This document shows, one piece after another, positions 52,117 through 63,159 of a DNA stretch of 64,000 nt. Position 1 is the first letter of the stretch. Every line of letters begins with the position of its first letter. The notes under the pieces are model-generated. The model did no database searches, was not told the origin of the DNA, and worked only from the letters and a program-made list of their open reading frames with translations. The position numbers and the translations under genes were made by a program. The DNA lies in contig CAVSNY010000007.1 in assembly GCA_963729605.1 (NCBI GenBank), positions 992,001-1,056,000 on the forward strand, given 5' to 3'. The stretch is from an uncultured Gammaproteobacteria bacterium. Lineage in GTDB: Bacteria; Pseudomonadota; Gammaproteobacteria; DRLM01.

Positions 52117-53106
52117 TCACTGCCAGACCAAGGGCGGCTCATCCAACAGCGCCGCCTGTTCGCGCAGGGCGAGGATTTGTTCTTCCCAATACCGCGGGGT
52201 GTTGAACCAAGTGAAGGCCTGTTTGAAGGCGGGGTCTTCCCAGCGCCGCGCGAGCCACGCGGAGTAGTGCAGCATGCGCAAAGTGCGCAGGGCCTCCACC
52301 AGATTCAATTCGCGCGGGTTGAAGTCGTGGAACTCGGTGTAACCGTCGAGTATCTCGGCGAGTTGCGCGGTCATGGCGTGGCGTTCGCCTGACAATAACA
52401 TCCATAAATCCTGCACGGCCGGGCCCATGCGGCAGTCGTCGAAGTCGACGAAGTGCGGGCCGGCGTCGGTCCATAAAATATTGCCGGGGTGGCAGTCGCC
52501 GTGCAGGCGGATGTGCTTGACGTCGCCCGCGCGCTGATAACAGGCGCGCACCTGCTTGAGCACGTCTTCCGCCAGGCTGCGATAGGGTAACTCTAAATCG
52601 CGCGGAATGAATCCCTGCTCCAACAGGTAGCGATAGGAGTCGTCGCCGAAGTGTTCGATGTCGAGGGTGGGGCGATGGAGAAACGGTTGCACCGCGCCCA
52701 GGGCGTGGATGCGGGCGATGAAGCGGCCCAGCCACACCAGGTTGTCCGGATTGTCGAGGTCGGGCCAGCGCCCGCCGCGGCGCGGATAAAGCGCGAAACG
52801 GAAGCCTTGATGGTGATGCAGGGTCTCGCCGCGCTCATCGAGCAGCGGCGGCACCACCGGGATTTCGCGTTCCGCCAATTCCAGGGCGTAGGCGTGTTCT
52901 TCCAGTATCGCGTCATCGCTCCAGCGGCCCGGCCGGTAAAATTTGGCGACGATGAAATCGCGCTCGTCGATGCCGATTTGATAGACGCGGTTTTCGTAAC
53001 TGTTGAGCGCGTGAAAATGGCCGTTGCAATGCCGGCCGGTGCCTTCCACGGCGTCGAGGATGCGATCGGGGCTGAGGTCTTGATAGACGAGTTGTGAGTC
53101 CGGCAT
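52117..53106 (-). CDS. srkA: Stress response Ser/Thr kinase SrkA/RdoA
   Basis: LNSYENRVY, KFYRPGRWS, RLHGDCHPGN and VDFDD motifs. Confidence 0.94.
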   Translation of the reverse strand: MPDSQLVYQDLSPDRILDAVEGTGRHCNGHFHALNSYENRVYQIGIDERDFIVAKFYRPGRWSDDAILEEHAYALELAEREIPVVPPLLDERGETLHHHQGFRFALYPRRGGRWPDLDNPDNLVWLGRFIARIHALGAVQPFLHRPTLDIEHFGDDSYRYLLEQGFIPRDLELPYRSLAEDVLKQVRACYQRAGDVKHIRLHGDCHPGNILWTDAGPHFVDFDDCRMGPAVQDLWMLLSGERHAMTAQLAEILDGYTEFHDFNPRELNLVEALRTLRMLHYSAWLARRWEDPAFKQAFTWFNTPRYWEEQILALREQAALLDEPPLVWQ

Positions 53107-53295
53107 GGCGTCTCGGATTAGTTTCCATCAATCACGTAAAGGGAACTCGGCTATTTCCCCTCTCTTCTGCGGAAGACAGAATGGAGGTGAAAATCACCGT
53201 GTGTCCAGCGGCTGACCCCCGCCTTCCCTAAAAAGGGAAGGCGTTGCCGTGCAGTGTATTGGATTGGAAGATGGCTGACTATCGTAAGTGCCGCG

Positions 53296-54324
53296 TCAGC
53301 GCGTGGTCATTTCCAGAGGCGTGATCGCGAACTCGCGCAGTTGTCCGCGGCGCAATACGCGGATCGATGCCTCTTTGCCCACATGCTCCGCGCCCAACAG
53401 CCGATGCAAGGCGTCGATGCCCTCGACCCATTCGCCGTTGAACTGTACGATCACATCGCCGATTTCCAGTTCGGCGCGCGCGGCGGGGCCGTCCGGCTCT
53501 TTCTCCATTACCCGCACGCCGGCGCCGATCGGCAAATCGAAATGGCGGATCACCCGCCGCGACAGCGGGGTGGTCTGCGCGGCGATGCCGAGACCGGCGC
53601 GCCGCACCCGGCCGTGGCGTAATAGTTCGCTCACCACCCATTGCGCGGTGTTGATGGCGGTGGCGAAACACAGGCCTTGCGCGGGCATGATGACGGCGGT
53701 GTTGACGCCGATCACCTCGCCGTTGGACGCCACCAGCGGCCCGCCCGAGTTGCCGGGATTGAGCGCCGCGTCGGTCTGGATCACGTCTTCCATGAGCCGT
53801 CCGCTGTTGGCGCGCAGGCTGCGGCCGAGCGCGCTCACCACGCCGGCGGTGACGGTGCATTCAAAGCCGTAGGGATTGCCGATCGCCACCACGATCTGGC
53901 CTACCCGCACCGCGCGCGAGTTGCCGAGCCGCGCGTAGGGCAGGGCGCCGGGCGCGGAGATCTTGAGCACGGCGAGATCGGTGTGCGGATCGTGGCCGAT
54001 CAGCTGGGCGTCGAGATCGCCGCCTTCCGCAAGGCTGATCCGCAGACGACTACCCTCGGCGACCACATGGCTGTTGGTGAGGATCAACCCGTCGGGCGTG
54101 AACAAAAAGCCCGAGCCGCTGCCGGCGGCGGTTTCTTTGCCTTGCGCCGTGCGGCGATGGACGTCGATCTTGACTACCGCGGGACTCACCCCTTCCGCCA
54201 CGCCCACTACCGTGGCTGAATACGCGTCGAGCAGCGCGATGTCCGGATGCGCGGGCGCGTTGAACGTGGCGGGCTGGGTATTGCCCGCCTGGGGATCGTC
54301 TATCCATTTCAATACCGCCGCCAT
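53296..54324 (-). CDS. HtrA-like trypsin protease with one PDZ domain and no obvious signal peptide
   Basis: TNSHVV, TDLAVL and QTDAALNPGNSGGPL motifs plus a C-terminal PDZ. Confidence 0.9.
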   Translation of the reverse strand: MAAVLKWIDDPQAGNTQPATFNAPAHPDIALLDAYSATVVGVAEGVSPAVVKIDVHRRTAQGKETAAGSGSGFLFTPDGLILTNSHVVAEGSRLRISLAEGGDLDAQLIGHDPHTDLAVLKISAPGALPYARLGNSRAVRVGQIVVAIGNPYGFECTVTAGVVSALGRSLRANSGRLMEDVIQTDAALNPGNSGGPLVASNGEVIGVNTAVIMPAQGLCFATAINTAQWVVSELLRHGRVRRAGLGIAAQTTPLSRRVIRHFDLPIGAGVRVMEKEPDGPAARAELEIGDVIVQFNGEWVEGIDALHRLLGAEHVGKEASIRVLRRGQLREFAITPLEMTTR

Positions 54325-54406
54325 GATCTACCTCCCAGCGGCCGCCTGAGTTGCGGTCGATTGCTTGAAAATGGGGGCGGCTGCGGGAGGAATCAAGAGT
54401 TACATT

Positions 54407-54444
54407 ATAGGGTGGGTTAGACGCGTTAACGGCGTAACACACCC
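54407..54444 (+). repeat. Degenerate GTAG-family REP
   Basis: ATAGGGTGGGTTAGACGCGTTAACGGCGTAACACACCC, similar to 41555-41592. Confidence 0.6.
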
Positions 54445-54561
54445 AATCGTCGCGCAGCGACACCTTAATGAAAATGAACGCTTTCCAAACAGCGGCTAAT
54501 GGCCGGCCGCGCGAACCCGCCTAGCATTTATTTTTGCTGCCAGTCAGGTCGGTGCGGGTCG

Positions 54562-55626
<1,065 letters not shown>

Positions 55627-55638
55627 GTCTTTCTCTTT

Positions 55639-56508
55639 TCAATGTGCGGCGGAACGGTCGCGCTGGGTATGCCATTCGACCCAGGTTTTGGCGATCAAGG
55701 TAACCAGCGCCAGCAGCGCCAATAGCGAAGCCACGGCGAAGGCGGCGACGAAGTTGTATTCGTTGTAGAGTACTTCGACATGCAGCGGCATGGTGTTGGT
55801 GAAACCGCGGATGTGGCCCGACACCACCGACACCGCGCCGAATTCGCCCATCGCGCGCGCGTTGCACAAGATCACGCCGTAGAGCAGGCCCCATTTCACG
55901 TTGGGTAACGTGACATGCCAGAAGGTCTGCCAGCCGCTGGCGCCCAGCGATACCGCGGCCTCTTCTTCTTCCTTGCCCTGTTCCTGCATCAAGGGAATCA
56001 ATTCGCGGGCGATGAACGGGAAGGTGACGAACAGCGTGGCGAGCACCAGTCCCGGCACCGCGAAGATCAATTTGATGTCGTGCTCCGCGAGCCACGGCCC
56101 CAGCCAGCCTTGCGCACCGAACAGCAATACATACACGAGGCCCGCGATCACCGGCGACACCGAGAAGGGCAGATCGATGAGGGTGATGAGCAGACTCTTG
56201 CCGCGAAACTCGAATTTGGCGATGGCCCAGGACGCGGCCAGGCCGAACACCAAATTGAGCGGCACGGCGATGACCGCCACCAGCACGGTGAGCTTGATCG
56301 CCGACAACGCGTCGGGCTCCTTGAGCGCTTCCCAATAAGCAGCGACGCCGTTGCGCAAGGCCTCGACGAACACCGACAGCAACGGCACGAACAGAAAGGC
56401 CGTCAGAAAGGTCAACGTGACGGCGATCAGCAGCCAGCGCACCCAGGCCGCTTCGCGGGTGGCGACGTTGCGGGGAATGGGGGCGGTTATAACATTTGCG
56501 TTCGACAT
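55639..56508 (-). CDS. cysW: Sulfate ABC permease CysW
   Basis: [12 protein letters not shown] and [17 protein letters not shown] motifs. Confidence 0.95.
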   Translation of the reverse strand: MSNANVITAPIPRNVATREAAWVRWLLIAVTLTFLTAFLFVPLLSVFVEALRNGVAAYWEALKEPDALSAIKLTVLVAVIAVPLNLVFGLAASWAIAKFEFRGKSLLITLIDLPFSVSPVIAGLVYVLLFGAQGWLGPWLAEHDIKLIFAVPGLVLATLFVTFPFIARELIPLMQEQGKEEEEAAVSLGASGWQTFWHVTLPNVKWGLLYGVILCNARAMGEFGAVSVVSGHIRGFTNTMPLHVEVLYNEYNFVAAFAVASLLALLALVTLIAKTWVEWHTQRDRSAAH

Positions 56509-56518
56509 GGTATTCCCC

Positions 56519-57340
56519 TTAGGCCAGGCGGCTCCTGCTCCACCACTGGAGCAGGTTGATGGCGAGCAGTAATACGAAGGAGGCGATGAGCATCACCACC
56601 GCGATGGCGGTGGCCTCGGCGTATTGGAATTGTTCGAGCTTGGTGATGATCAGCAGCGGCGCGATTTCCGATACCATCGGCATATTGCCGGCGATGAAAA
56701 TCACCGAGCCGTATTCACCCACCGCGCGGGCGAAGGCCAGCGCGAAGCCGGTGAGCAAGGCGGGCATGACGGTGGGAAAGATCACCCGGCTGATGGTCTG
56801 CCAGCGGGTGGCGCCGAGGGACGCGGCGGCTTCTTCCACTTCGCGGTCGAGGTCGGCGAGCACCGGTTGCACCGTGCGCACCACGAAAGGCAGGCCGATG
56901 AAGGTCAACGCCACCACGATGCCCAACGGCGTGTACGCGACTTTGATACCTTGCGCCGCCAGATACTGACCGATCCAGCCGTTGTCGGCATAGATCGCGG
57001 TGAGCGCGATGCCCGCCACCGCGGTCGGCAGCGCGAAGGGCAGGTCGACCAAGGCATCGACCACCCGTTTGCCGATGAAGTTGTAACGCACCAGCACCCA
57101 CGCCACCAGCAAACCGAACACGGCGTTGATCAACGCCGCGATCAGCGCCGTGCCGAAGCTCAATTTATAAGACGCCAACACCCGCGGTGCGGTAACCGTG
57201 CTCCAGAATTGTTCCCAACTCAAGGTCGCGGATTTCAAAAACAAGGCGCTGAGCGGAATCAGCACGATCAGACTTAAATAAAATATCGTGAAACCCAAGG
57301 CCGGACCGAAGCCCGGCAATATACTGTGTTTTTTTATCAT
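56519..57340 (-). CDS. cysT: Sulfate ABC permease CysT/CysU
   Basis: [18 protein letters not shown] and [12 protein letters not shown] motifs. Confidence 0.95.
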   Translation of the reverse strand: MIKKHSILPGFGPALGFTIFYLSLIVLIPLSALFLKSATLSWEQFWSTVTAPRVLASYKLSFGTALIAALINAVFGLLVAWVLVRYNFIGKRVVDALVDLPFALPTAVAGIALTAIYADNGWIGQYLAAQGIKVAYTPLGIVVALTFIGLPFVVRTVQPVLADLDREVEEAAASLGATRWQTISRVIFPTVMPALLTGFALAFARAVGEYGSVIFIAGNMPMVSEIAPLLIITKLEQFQYAEATAIAVVMLIASFVLLLAINLLQWWSRSRLA

Positions 57341-57494
57341 TGTTGATAAGTCCACTCGTTGTATAAGTAGGACATCGATCGCCCTTACTCGTCGTTGCTG
57401 TATTTGTGCGATCAACCGGCGTTATCGTTGCGCGAGGCGACGGCAGTCGCCTCGCGCTCCCTTCCAAATTTCTCTGGCTGGATCGCCGTTGAAC

Positions 57495-57716
57495 CTAGAG
57501 CTTGGCCAGCAGAACCTCCGTCGATTTGAATACGGTGAGGACCTCGGACCCCACTTGCAGATCGAGATCCTCGATCGAGCGCGAGGTCACCACCGACGTG
57601 ACGATGCCCGCCGGGGTCTCGACATCGACCTCCGACACCACGGGGCCGGCGATGATTTCCTTGATCTTGCCCCGGAACTGATTGCGGGCATTGATGGCGA
57701 CTATGGACTGTGACAT
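57495..57716 (-). CDS. TOBE/Mop-domain protein (SsuF-like)
   Basis: INARNQFRGKI..VTSVVTSRS..KSTEV. Confidence 0.88.
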   Translation of the reverse strand: MSQSIVAINARNQFRGKIKEIIAGPVVSEVDVETPAGIVTSVVTSRSIEDLDLQVGSEVLTVFKSTEVLLAKL

Positions 57717-57774
57717 GTCGTTCTCCTCAGATTGGTATGTACTTCGGCGCTCGCCGTCATGAACTCCGCGTTGT

Positions 57775-58785
57775 TTAGCGGCCCGGCGTGTAGATCCGAT
57801 CGAACTCGCCCTCGTCGGCGAAGTGGGTTTTTTGCGCCTTCTGCCAGCCGCCGAACACCTCGTCGATGGTGAACAGGTTCACCTTGGGAAATTGCTTGGC
57901 GTACTTCCCGGTCACCGCCTCCAACCGAGGACGGTAATAATGTTTGGCGGCGATTTCCTGACCTTCCGGCGTGTACAAATATTCCAGATAGGCCTGGGCG
58001 GCGGCGCGGGTGCCGTGTTTGTCCGCGTTTTTGTCTATCAGCGCGACCGGCGGTTCGGCGAGGATGCTGACCGACGGCACGACGATTTGCACTTTGCCTT
58101 GGCCGAATTCTTTGGCCGCCAAAAAGGCTTCGTTTTCCCAGGTCACCAGCACGTCGCCGATACCGCGCTGCACGAACGTGGTCGTGGAGCCGCGCGCGCC
58201 GGAATCCAGCACCGGCACGTTTTTGTAGAGCTTGGTGACGAAGTCCTTCGCCGTCTGCTCGTTGCCGCCCGGTTTTTTCAAGGCGTAACCCCAGGCCGCC
58301 AGATAATTCCAGCGCGCGCCGCCGGAGGTTTTGGGATTGGGCGTGATGACCGAGATGCCGGGCTTGACGAGATCGTCCCAATCTTTAATGCCCTTGGGAT
58401 TGCCCTGACGCACCAGAAATACGATGGTGGAGGTGTAAGGCGAACTATTGTTGGGCAGACGTTTTTGCCAGTCGGCGGGCAGGAGCTTGGCCTTTTCGGC
58501 GATGGCGTCGATGTCGTAAGCCAGCGCCAGGGTGACGACGTCGGCTTCCAATCCGTCGATCACCGCACGCGCCTGTTTGCCGGCCCCGCCGTGGGACTGT
58601 TTAATCGCCACCTTGTCGCCGGTTTTTTTCTTCCAGTGTTCAGCGAAGGCCTTGTTGAAGTCCTGATAGAGTTCGCGCGTGGGATCATAAGAAACGTTGA
58701 GCAACTCAACATTTTTGGCCGTTGCGCTGGCGGCCATGCCGGTCAGCAATAGTGCACCAGCCAGCAGTTTGATGACGTGATTCAT
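57775..58785 (-). CDS. sbp: Sulfate-binding periplasmic protein
   Basis: [21 protein letters not shown] and [10 protein letters not shown] motifs. Confidence 0.96.
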   Translation of the reverse strand: MNHVIKLLAGALLLTGMAASATAKNVELLNVSYDPTRELYQDFNKAFAEHWKKKTGDKVAIKQSHGGAGKQARAVIDGLEADVVTLALAYDIDAIAEKAKLLPADWQKRLPNNSSPYTSTIVFLVRQGNPKGIKDWDDLVKPGISVITPNPKTSGGARWNYLAAWGYALKKPGGNEQTAKDFVTKLYKNVPVLDSGARGSTTTFVQRGIGDVLVTWENEAFLAAKEFGQGKVQIVVPSVSILAEPPVALIDKNADKHGTRAAAQAYLEYLYTPEGQEIAAKHYYRPRLEAVTGKYAKQFPKVNLFTIDEVFGGWQKAQKTHFADEGEFDRIYTPGR

Positions 58786-58818
58786 GATTATTTCAACTCC
58801 TCTTGCATTTAAAATCGG

Positions 58819-59895
58819 TTAAAACTTGATGATGGTGCCCAGCGAGAACGCGCTTGCCGAGTCACCGTTATTGGCCGTGGCGATGGTCAAGTTATCGCTG
58901 CGTCCTTCGCGGAAAGGCGTCAAGCCGCGTCCGGCGTCGTTATCGATCGTCGCGTAGTCGGCATACAAGATGACGCCTTTCTGCAAGGTGTATTCGGTGC
59001 CGACCGCGAGCAAGGTTGCGTCTCTATTGGCGGCGTCCGCGTTCAATTGATAGGTTTGCGCCTTGAACAGCCAAGCCTGGTGTTTGAAGGAGGCGCCCAG
59101 ACCATAAACGTCTTCATCGTTGGCGCTGGTGGTGCCGCTTACTTTTTGCCAAAGCGCGTTGATGCGCCAGGCATTCCAATCGTAATAAGCGCCGAGCCGG
59201 ATAATGGACGGCGCATCGCCGGCGGCCGGCGGCGTGGCGGTCGAGACGAAGCCTATCGTTTCGTAACCGAGGCCGACGAACAGCGGACCTTGCGCGTAAT
59301 TCACCGCGGCGCTGATGAGATCGTTGTCGTTGGTCGCGGTGGCGGCGGTATCGACGTTGGTGGAATATTGAAAGTTGCCTTTAAAACCGGCCAGCTCCGG
59401 CGTGGTGTACCCCAGGCTGTTGTTGGGCCGCTCGTCGAAGCGGGCCAAGGTGTTCGCCGTGCCCGAGCCGTTGGCGCCGCGAGTCAGATTACGGGCGTCG
59501 CCCACTTGGTCTTTGAACAAATCGACCTGCCGGCCGATCAGTTTCACCGGCGTATCGAAGCGGCCGATGCGCAGCGTGCCGAACTTGCCCTGCAAGCCCA
59601 CGAAGGTGTCGCGGCTGGCGAGCACGCCGTTGTCGGTGGGGGCGGCGGTGTCGGCGCGCAGCTCCGATTCGATCTGATAAATGCCGGCGATGTCGCCGCC
59701 GATTTGAATGTTGCCTTTAACCCCGAGCCGGCTTGAATTGCTGGAGATATTGAGGGCGCTGTCGCTGCCGTTGTCGAGCTGGTCGATCGACAGATTGAGT
59801 TGTCCGTAGAGCGTGGGGGCGGCAGATAGGGTTTGTGAAAGAAGACCTCCCGCCAAGCCGGCGGCGAGTGTCAAATTACGATTAACGCTTTGCAT
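58819..59895 (-). CDS. General-diffusion (OmpC/Neisseria-type) porin
   Basis: Signal peptide; TLYG, SRLGVKG and RDTFVGLQGKFG motifs; terminal Phe. Confidence 0.9.
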   Translation of the reverse strand: MQSVNRNLTLAAGLAGGLLSQTLSAAPTLYGQLNLSIDQLDNGSDSALNISSNSSRLGVKGNIQIGGDIAGIYQIESELRADTAAPTDNGVLASRDTFVGLQGKFGTLRIGRFDTPVKLIGRQVDLFKDQVGDARNLTRGANGSGTANTLARFDERPNNSLGYTTPELAGFKGNFQYSTNVDTAATATNDNDLISAAVNYAQGPLFVGLGYETIGFVSTATPPAAGDAPSIIRLGAYYDWNAWRINALWQKVSGTTSANDEDVYGLGASFKHQAWLFKAQTYQLNADAANRDATLLAVGTEYTLQKGVILYADYATIDNDAGRGLTPFREGRSDNLTIATANNGDSASAFSLGTIIKF

Positions 59896-60045
59896 TTTTT
59901 TACCTCATCAAATGAGCTGGTACGAACCTCCGGTCGTCCGGTCAGTTGCTAAGGTGATTGTTTGGTTGTTTCTTGACGCGGCCCCGACGGTGCGCGGGAT
60001 GCCGCTACGTTCAATTGAATAATTTATTTTGTTCGATGGGTTCGC

Positions 60046-60225
60046 TCAGCGCTGGGCCGGTGTTTCGAACCGCACTTTTTCCCTCCTCTCGATTTGCACT
60101 ACCTTGCCATCATGGACCACGACCTCTACCGAGCCGTACCGCAGATCCTTGATGACTTCCAAGACCCTTTGCAGGGTTCGCTCATCCGGGCCTTGCGGCT
60201 TCGGGGGCGTGGTCGTTTGAACCAT
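60046..60225 (-). CDS. OscA/YezD (DUF2292) sulfur-starvation small protein
   Basis: LRYGSVEVVVHDGKVVQIERREKVR at the head of the sulfate uptake operon. Confidence 0.88.
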   Translation of the reverse strand: MVQTTTPPKPQGPDERTLQRVLEVIKDLRYGSVEVVVHDGKVVQIERREKVRFETPAQR

Positions 60226-60302
60226 GGCCGTTCTACCTTTCGGAATGTGGAAACCGCTTGGTCGGCTATCCGTATAACCCGGGTATCGCCAGACGGAGGC
60301 CA

Positions 60303-60370
60303 TCCTAGCAAGCCGATTTATAAAATTAGAAACAATATTAAATTCTATTTTTAGAATTTAAGGTTATAAG
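60303..60370 (-). promoter_or_regulatory. AT-rich LysR (CysB-like) operator and promoter of the sulfate operon
   Basis: Minus strand TTATAACCTTAAATTCTAAAAATAGAATTTAATATT...TAGGAT, containing the palindrome AAATTCTA-AAAA-TAGAATTT. Confidence 0.55.
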
Positions 60371-60496
60371 ATGGGGCAATATCTGCCAGCCTCAATACCA
60401 GAAGGGCGGATCTGATTCATGGCAGGTATGTAACCGGCGAAGGCGGAAGAAGCTTAGGAGTGGGGCGAATAACCCGGGAAGAGTTTTAATCGCCCG

Positions 60497-61987
60497 CTAT
60501 GTGGCGGTGGTTGGCTTGTGCATGATGCGTTTCGCCAACAGCAGATCGAGGGTATACCGCACCCCGAACCCCGTGGTGGCGGTGGGGACGTGGGCGAGTC
60601 CACCCTTATGGCTGGCGCTCGCGAGATCAAGGTGCAGCCAGGGAATTTTTTCGTCGACGAAACGGTTTAAAAAACGCGCGGCGAGGATGTGGTCGGCCTC
60701 GCCTTCCAAGCTGCATTGCTTGACGTCGGCGATGTCGCTTTCCAGGGCCTTGTCGTAATCGGGATCGGTGGGGAAGGGCCACACCCGTTCGCCGGAATCC
60801 ACTCCGGCGGCGATGATGTCGTTGATGAGTCCGCCTCGGTTGGTGAAGGCGCCGCTGTAGCCGGTGCCCAGCGCGTAGATGCACGTGCCGGTGAGGGTGG
60901 CGTAGTCGATGATGAAGGCGGGTTTCGCCCGGCTCGCCAGCGCCAGGGTGTCGGCCAGCACCATGCGGCCCTCGGCGTCGGTGTGCACGATTTCGATGGT
61001 GGTGCCGTTGAGGGCGGTGACCACGTCGTTCTGTTTATAGGCCAGCGGGCTGATCATGTTCTGCGCCAGCGCCAGCCAGCAATTCACCGGAAAATCCACT
61101 TTCAAGCGCGTCAGCGCCAGCAAAGTGCCGAGGGCCACGGCGCTGCCCGCCATGTCCTCGTGCATGCCGAGCATGCTTTTCGCCGGTTTGAGATTGTGGC
61201 CGCCGGTATCGAAGCAAATGCCTTTGCCCACCAGCGCCAGCGCCGGCTTCTTCGATTTGGCCTTGGGCGTGTAACGCAGATGAATGATACCGTCGTCCTG
61301 CGCGACGCCGCCCTGCGCCACGGCCAGGAAGGCCCCGGCCTTCATGCGTTGCAGGGTCTTGATGTCGAAAAACGTCATTTGCCAGCCATGTTCCTTGGCC
61401 AGTTTGGCGACGCGTTCGCGATACCGCGCCGGGGTGAGCTCGTTGGGCGGCAGCACGGTGAGGGTGCGGGCGAGGTGATTGCCCTCCGCCTCGGCGACGG
61501 TGCGCGCCAAGTCGAGTCCCGCCGGACCGGCGAAGATTTCGATGGTCTTGAGCGGCCGCTGCGGTTTTTGGTCGCTTTTATAACTGGGCAGCGGCCGGGC
61601 CTTGGCCAGCAGCGCCGCCGTCACCGCCTCGATCAGCCGCGCCGCGGTCGCGGTGTCGAAGCCGGCGGTGACGATGGCCACCTTGGCAGGCGGTAACGCG
61701 CGTTGCCAATGGGCGGCTGCCAGCTTGCGGGCGAGGGTCAGCGAGTCAAACGCCGAGAGGTCGGCGGCGATACGCGCCAGGCTGACCCGGGTGTCGCGGC
61801 CGTTGGGCAGATCGGTGACGTAGGGGCCTGCTTCGTCGGCGCCCTGTTTTTCCAGGCGCCTCTGCAACACTTCTTTATAGGGAAATTCGGGCCACGTCTT
61901 GTCGGGAATGAGAATGATGAGGTGATCCTGGCCGTCGATATCCTGGATCGTGGCCGGGTTTTTGTTTTGTTTTATAGCGACTTTCAT
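60497..61987 (-). CDS. M17 leucyl aminopeptidase family protein
   Basis: VGKGICFDTGG, EDMAG, HTDAEGR, DYATLTG and WLHLDLA motifs. Confidence 0.92.
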   Translation of the reverse strand: MKVAIKQNKNPATIQDIDGQDHLIILIPDKTWPEFPYKEVLQRRLEKQGADEAGPYVTDLPNGRDTRVSLARIAADLSAFDSLTLARKLAAAHWQRALPPAKVAIVTAGFDTATAARLIEAVTAALLAKARPLPSYKSDQKPQRPLKTIEIFAGPAGLDLARTVAEAEGNHLARTLTVLPPNELTPARYRERVAKLAKEHGWQMTFFDIKTLQRMKAGAFLAVAQGGVAQDDGIIHLRYTPKAKSKKPALALVGKGICFDTGGHNLKPAKSMLGMHEDMAGSAVALGTLLALTRLKVDFPVNCWLALAQNMISPLAYKQNDVVTALNGTTIEIVHTDAEGRMVLADTLALASRAKPAFIIDYATLTGTCIYALGTGYSGAFTNRGGLINDIIAAGVDSGERVWPFPTDPDYDKALESDIADVKQCSLEGEADHILAARFLNRFVDEKIPWLHLDLASASHKGGLAHVPTATTGFGVRYTLDLLLAKRIMHKPTTAT

Positions 61988-62166
61988 TCCCTGGGCGCCC
62001 TCCCGGCCGGCGCTTTTGCTTGACCTGTCAACACAAAAACCCGATCATACCGCGTTTCCGCAGCCGGGGGGATATCCGAGGGATGACCGGCGGGAATGGG
62101 GGCGCCGCCGACTAAGCCGCTCTGCCACAACAGAATGTTTTCCAAAGACTAACGCTAAGGATTCCC

Positions 62167-63159
62167 ATGAACGCCGCTGACAAGAAACGGCTCCTGCGCG
62201 AGATGCTTTTCGCGCGACGTTTTGAGGAGCGCTGCTACGAGGCCTACGTGGAGCGCAAAATTGGTGGATTTCTCCATCTTTATCCGGGCGAAGAGGCCTG
62301 TGCCTTCGGGGTGTTGGACGCCGCGCGCCCCGGCCATGATTACGTGATCACCGGTTACCGCGATCACGTGCACGCCATCAAGTGCGGCGCCGATCCCAAA
62401 AAGGTGATGGCCGAACTGTTCGGCAAGGAGACCGGGTCCAGCAAAGGCCGCGGCGGCTCCATGCACATCTTCGACGCCGAACACCGTTTCATGGGCGGTT
62501 ACGCCCTGGTGGGCGGCCCCTTCCCGCTGGCGGTGGGCATGGCCAAGGGCATCAAGATGAAGGGCGGCGACGAGATCTCCATTTGCTTTTTGGGTGACGC
62601 CGCCAACAACCAGGGCACGTTCCATGAATCGCTGAACATGGCGTCCTTGTGGGAGCTGCCGGTGTTGTTCGTCTGCGAAAACAATCTGTACGGCATCGGC
62701 ACCCGCATCGACCGTTCCACCGCGGTGATCGAGCAATACAAACGGGTGTGCGGCTACAACATCCCCTCCGCGCAGGTGGACGGCCAGGACATCGAACAGG
62801 TGTACGCCGCCGCCAAGATCGCCGTCGATCACGTGCGTTCCGGCAAGGGGCCGTACTTCCTGGAATTGATGACCTACCGTTATCGCGGCCACTCCATGTC
62901 CGACTCCAATGCCTACCGCGCCAAGGAAGAAGAGCGCATGTGGGGTAAGCGCGATCCCATCATCATCCTGCGCGACCGCCTCATCGAGGCCGGCGAGCTC
63001 AGCATGGATGATTACAAGCGCATGGACGACGAGGTGTTGGAATTCATCGAAAAAGAAATCATCAAGTTCGCCGAGGAATCACCGGAGCCCAAGCTTGAGG
63101 AATTGGAAAAATACGTGCTGGCGGAGAACGATCCGTACGTACGCGGGGGAGTGCATTGA
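62167..63159 (+). CDS. pdhA: Pyruvate dehydrogenase E1 alpha (heterotetrameric type)
   Basis: GGFLHLY, GRGGSMH, TPP motif GDAA..ENN and YRYRGHSMSD. Confidence 0.88.
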   Translation: MNAADKKRLLREMLFARRFEERCYEAYVERKIGGFLHLYPGEEACAFGVLDAARPGHDYVITGYRDHVHAIKCGADPKKVMAELFGKETGSSKGRGGSMHIFDAEHRFMGGYALVGGPFPLAVGMAKGIKMKGGDEISICFLGDAANNQGTFHESLNMASLWELPVLFVCENNLYGIGTRIDRSTAVIEQYKRVCGYNIPSAQVDGQDIEQVYAAAKIAVDHVRSGKGPYFLELMTYRYRGHSMSDSNAYRAKEEERMWGKRDPIIILRDRLIEAGELSMDDYKRMDDEVLEFIEKEIIKFAEESPEPKLEELEKYVLAENDPYVRGGVH

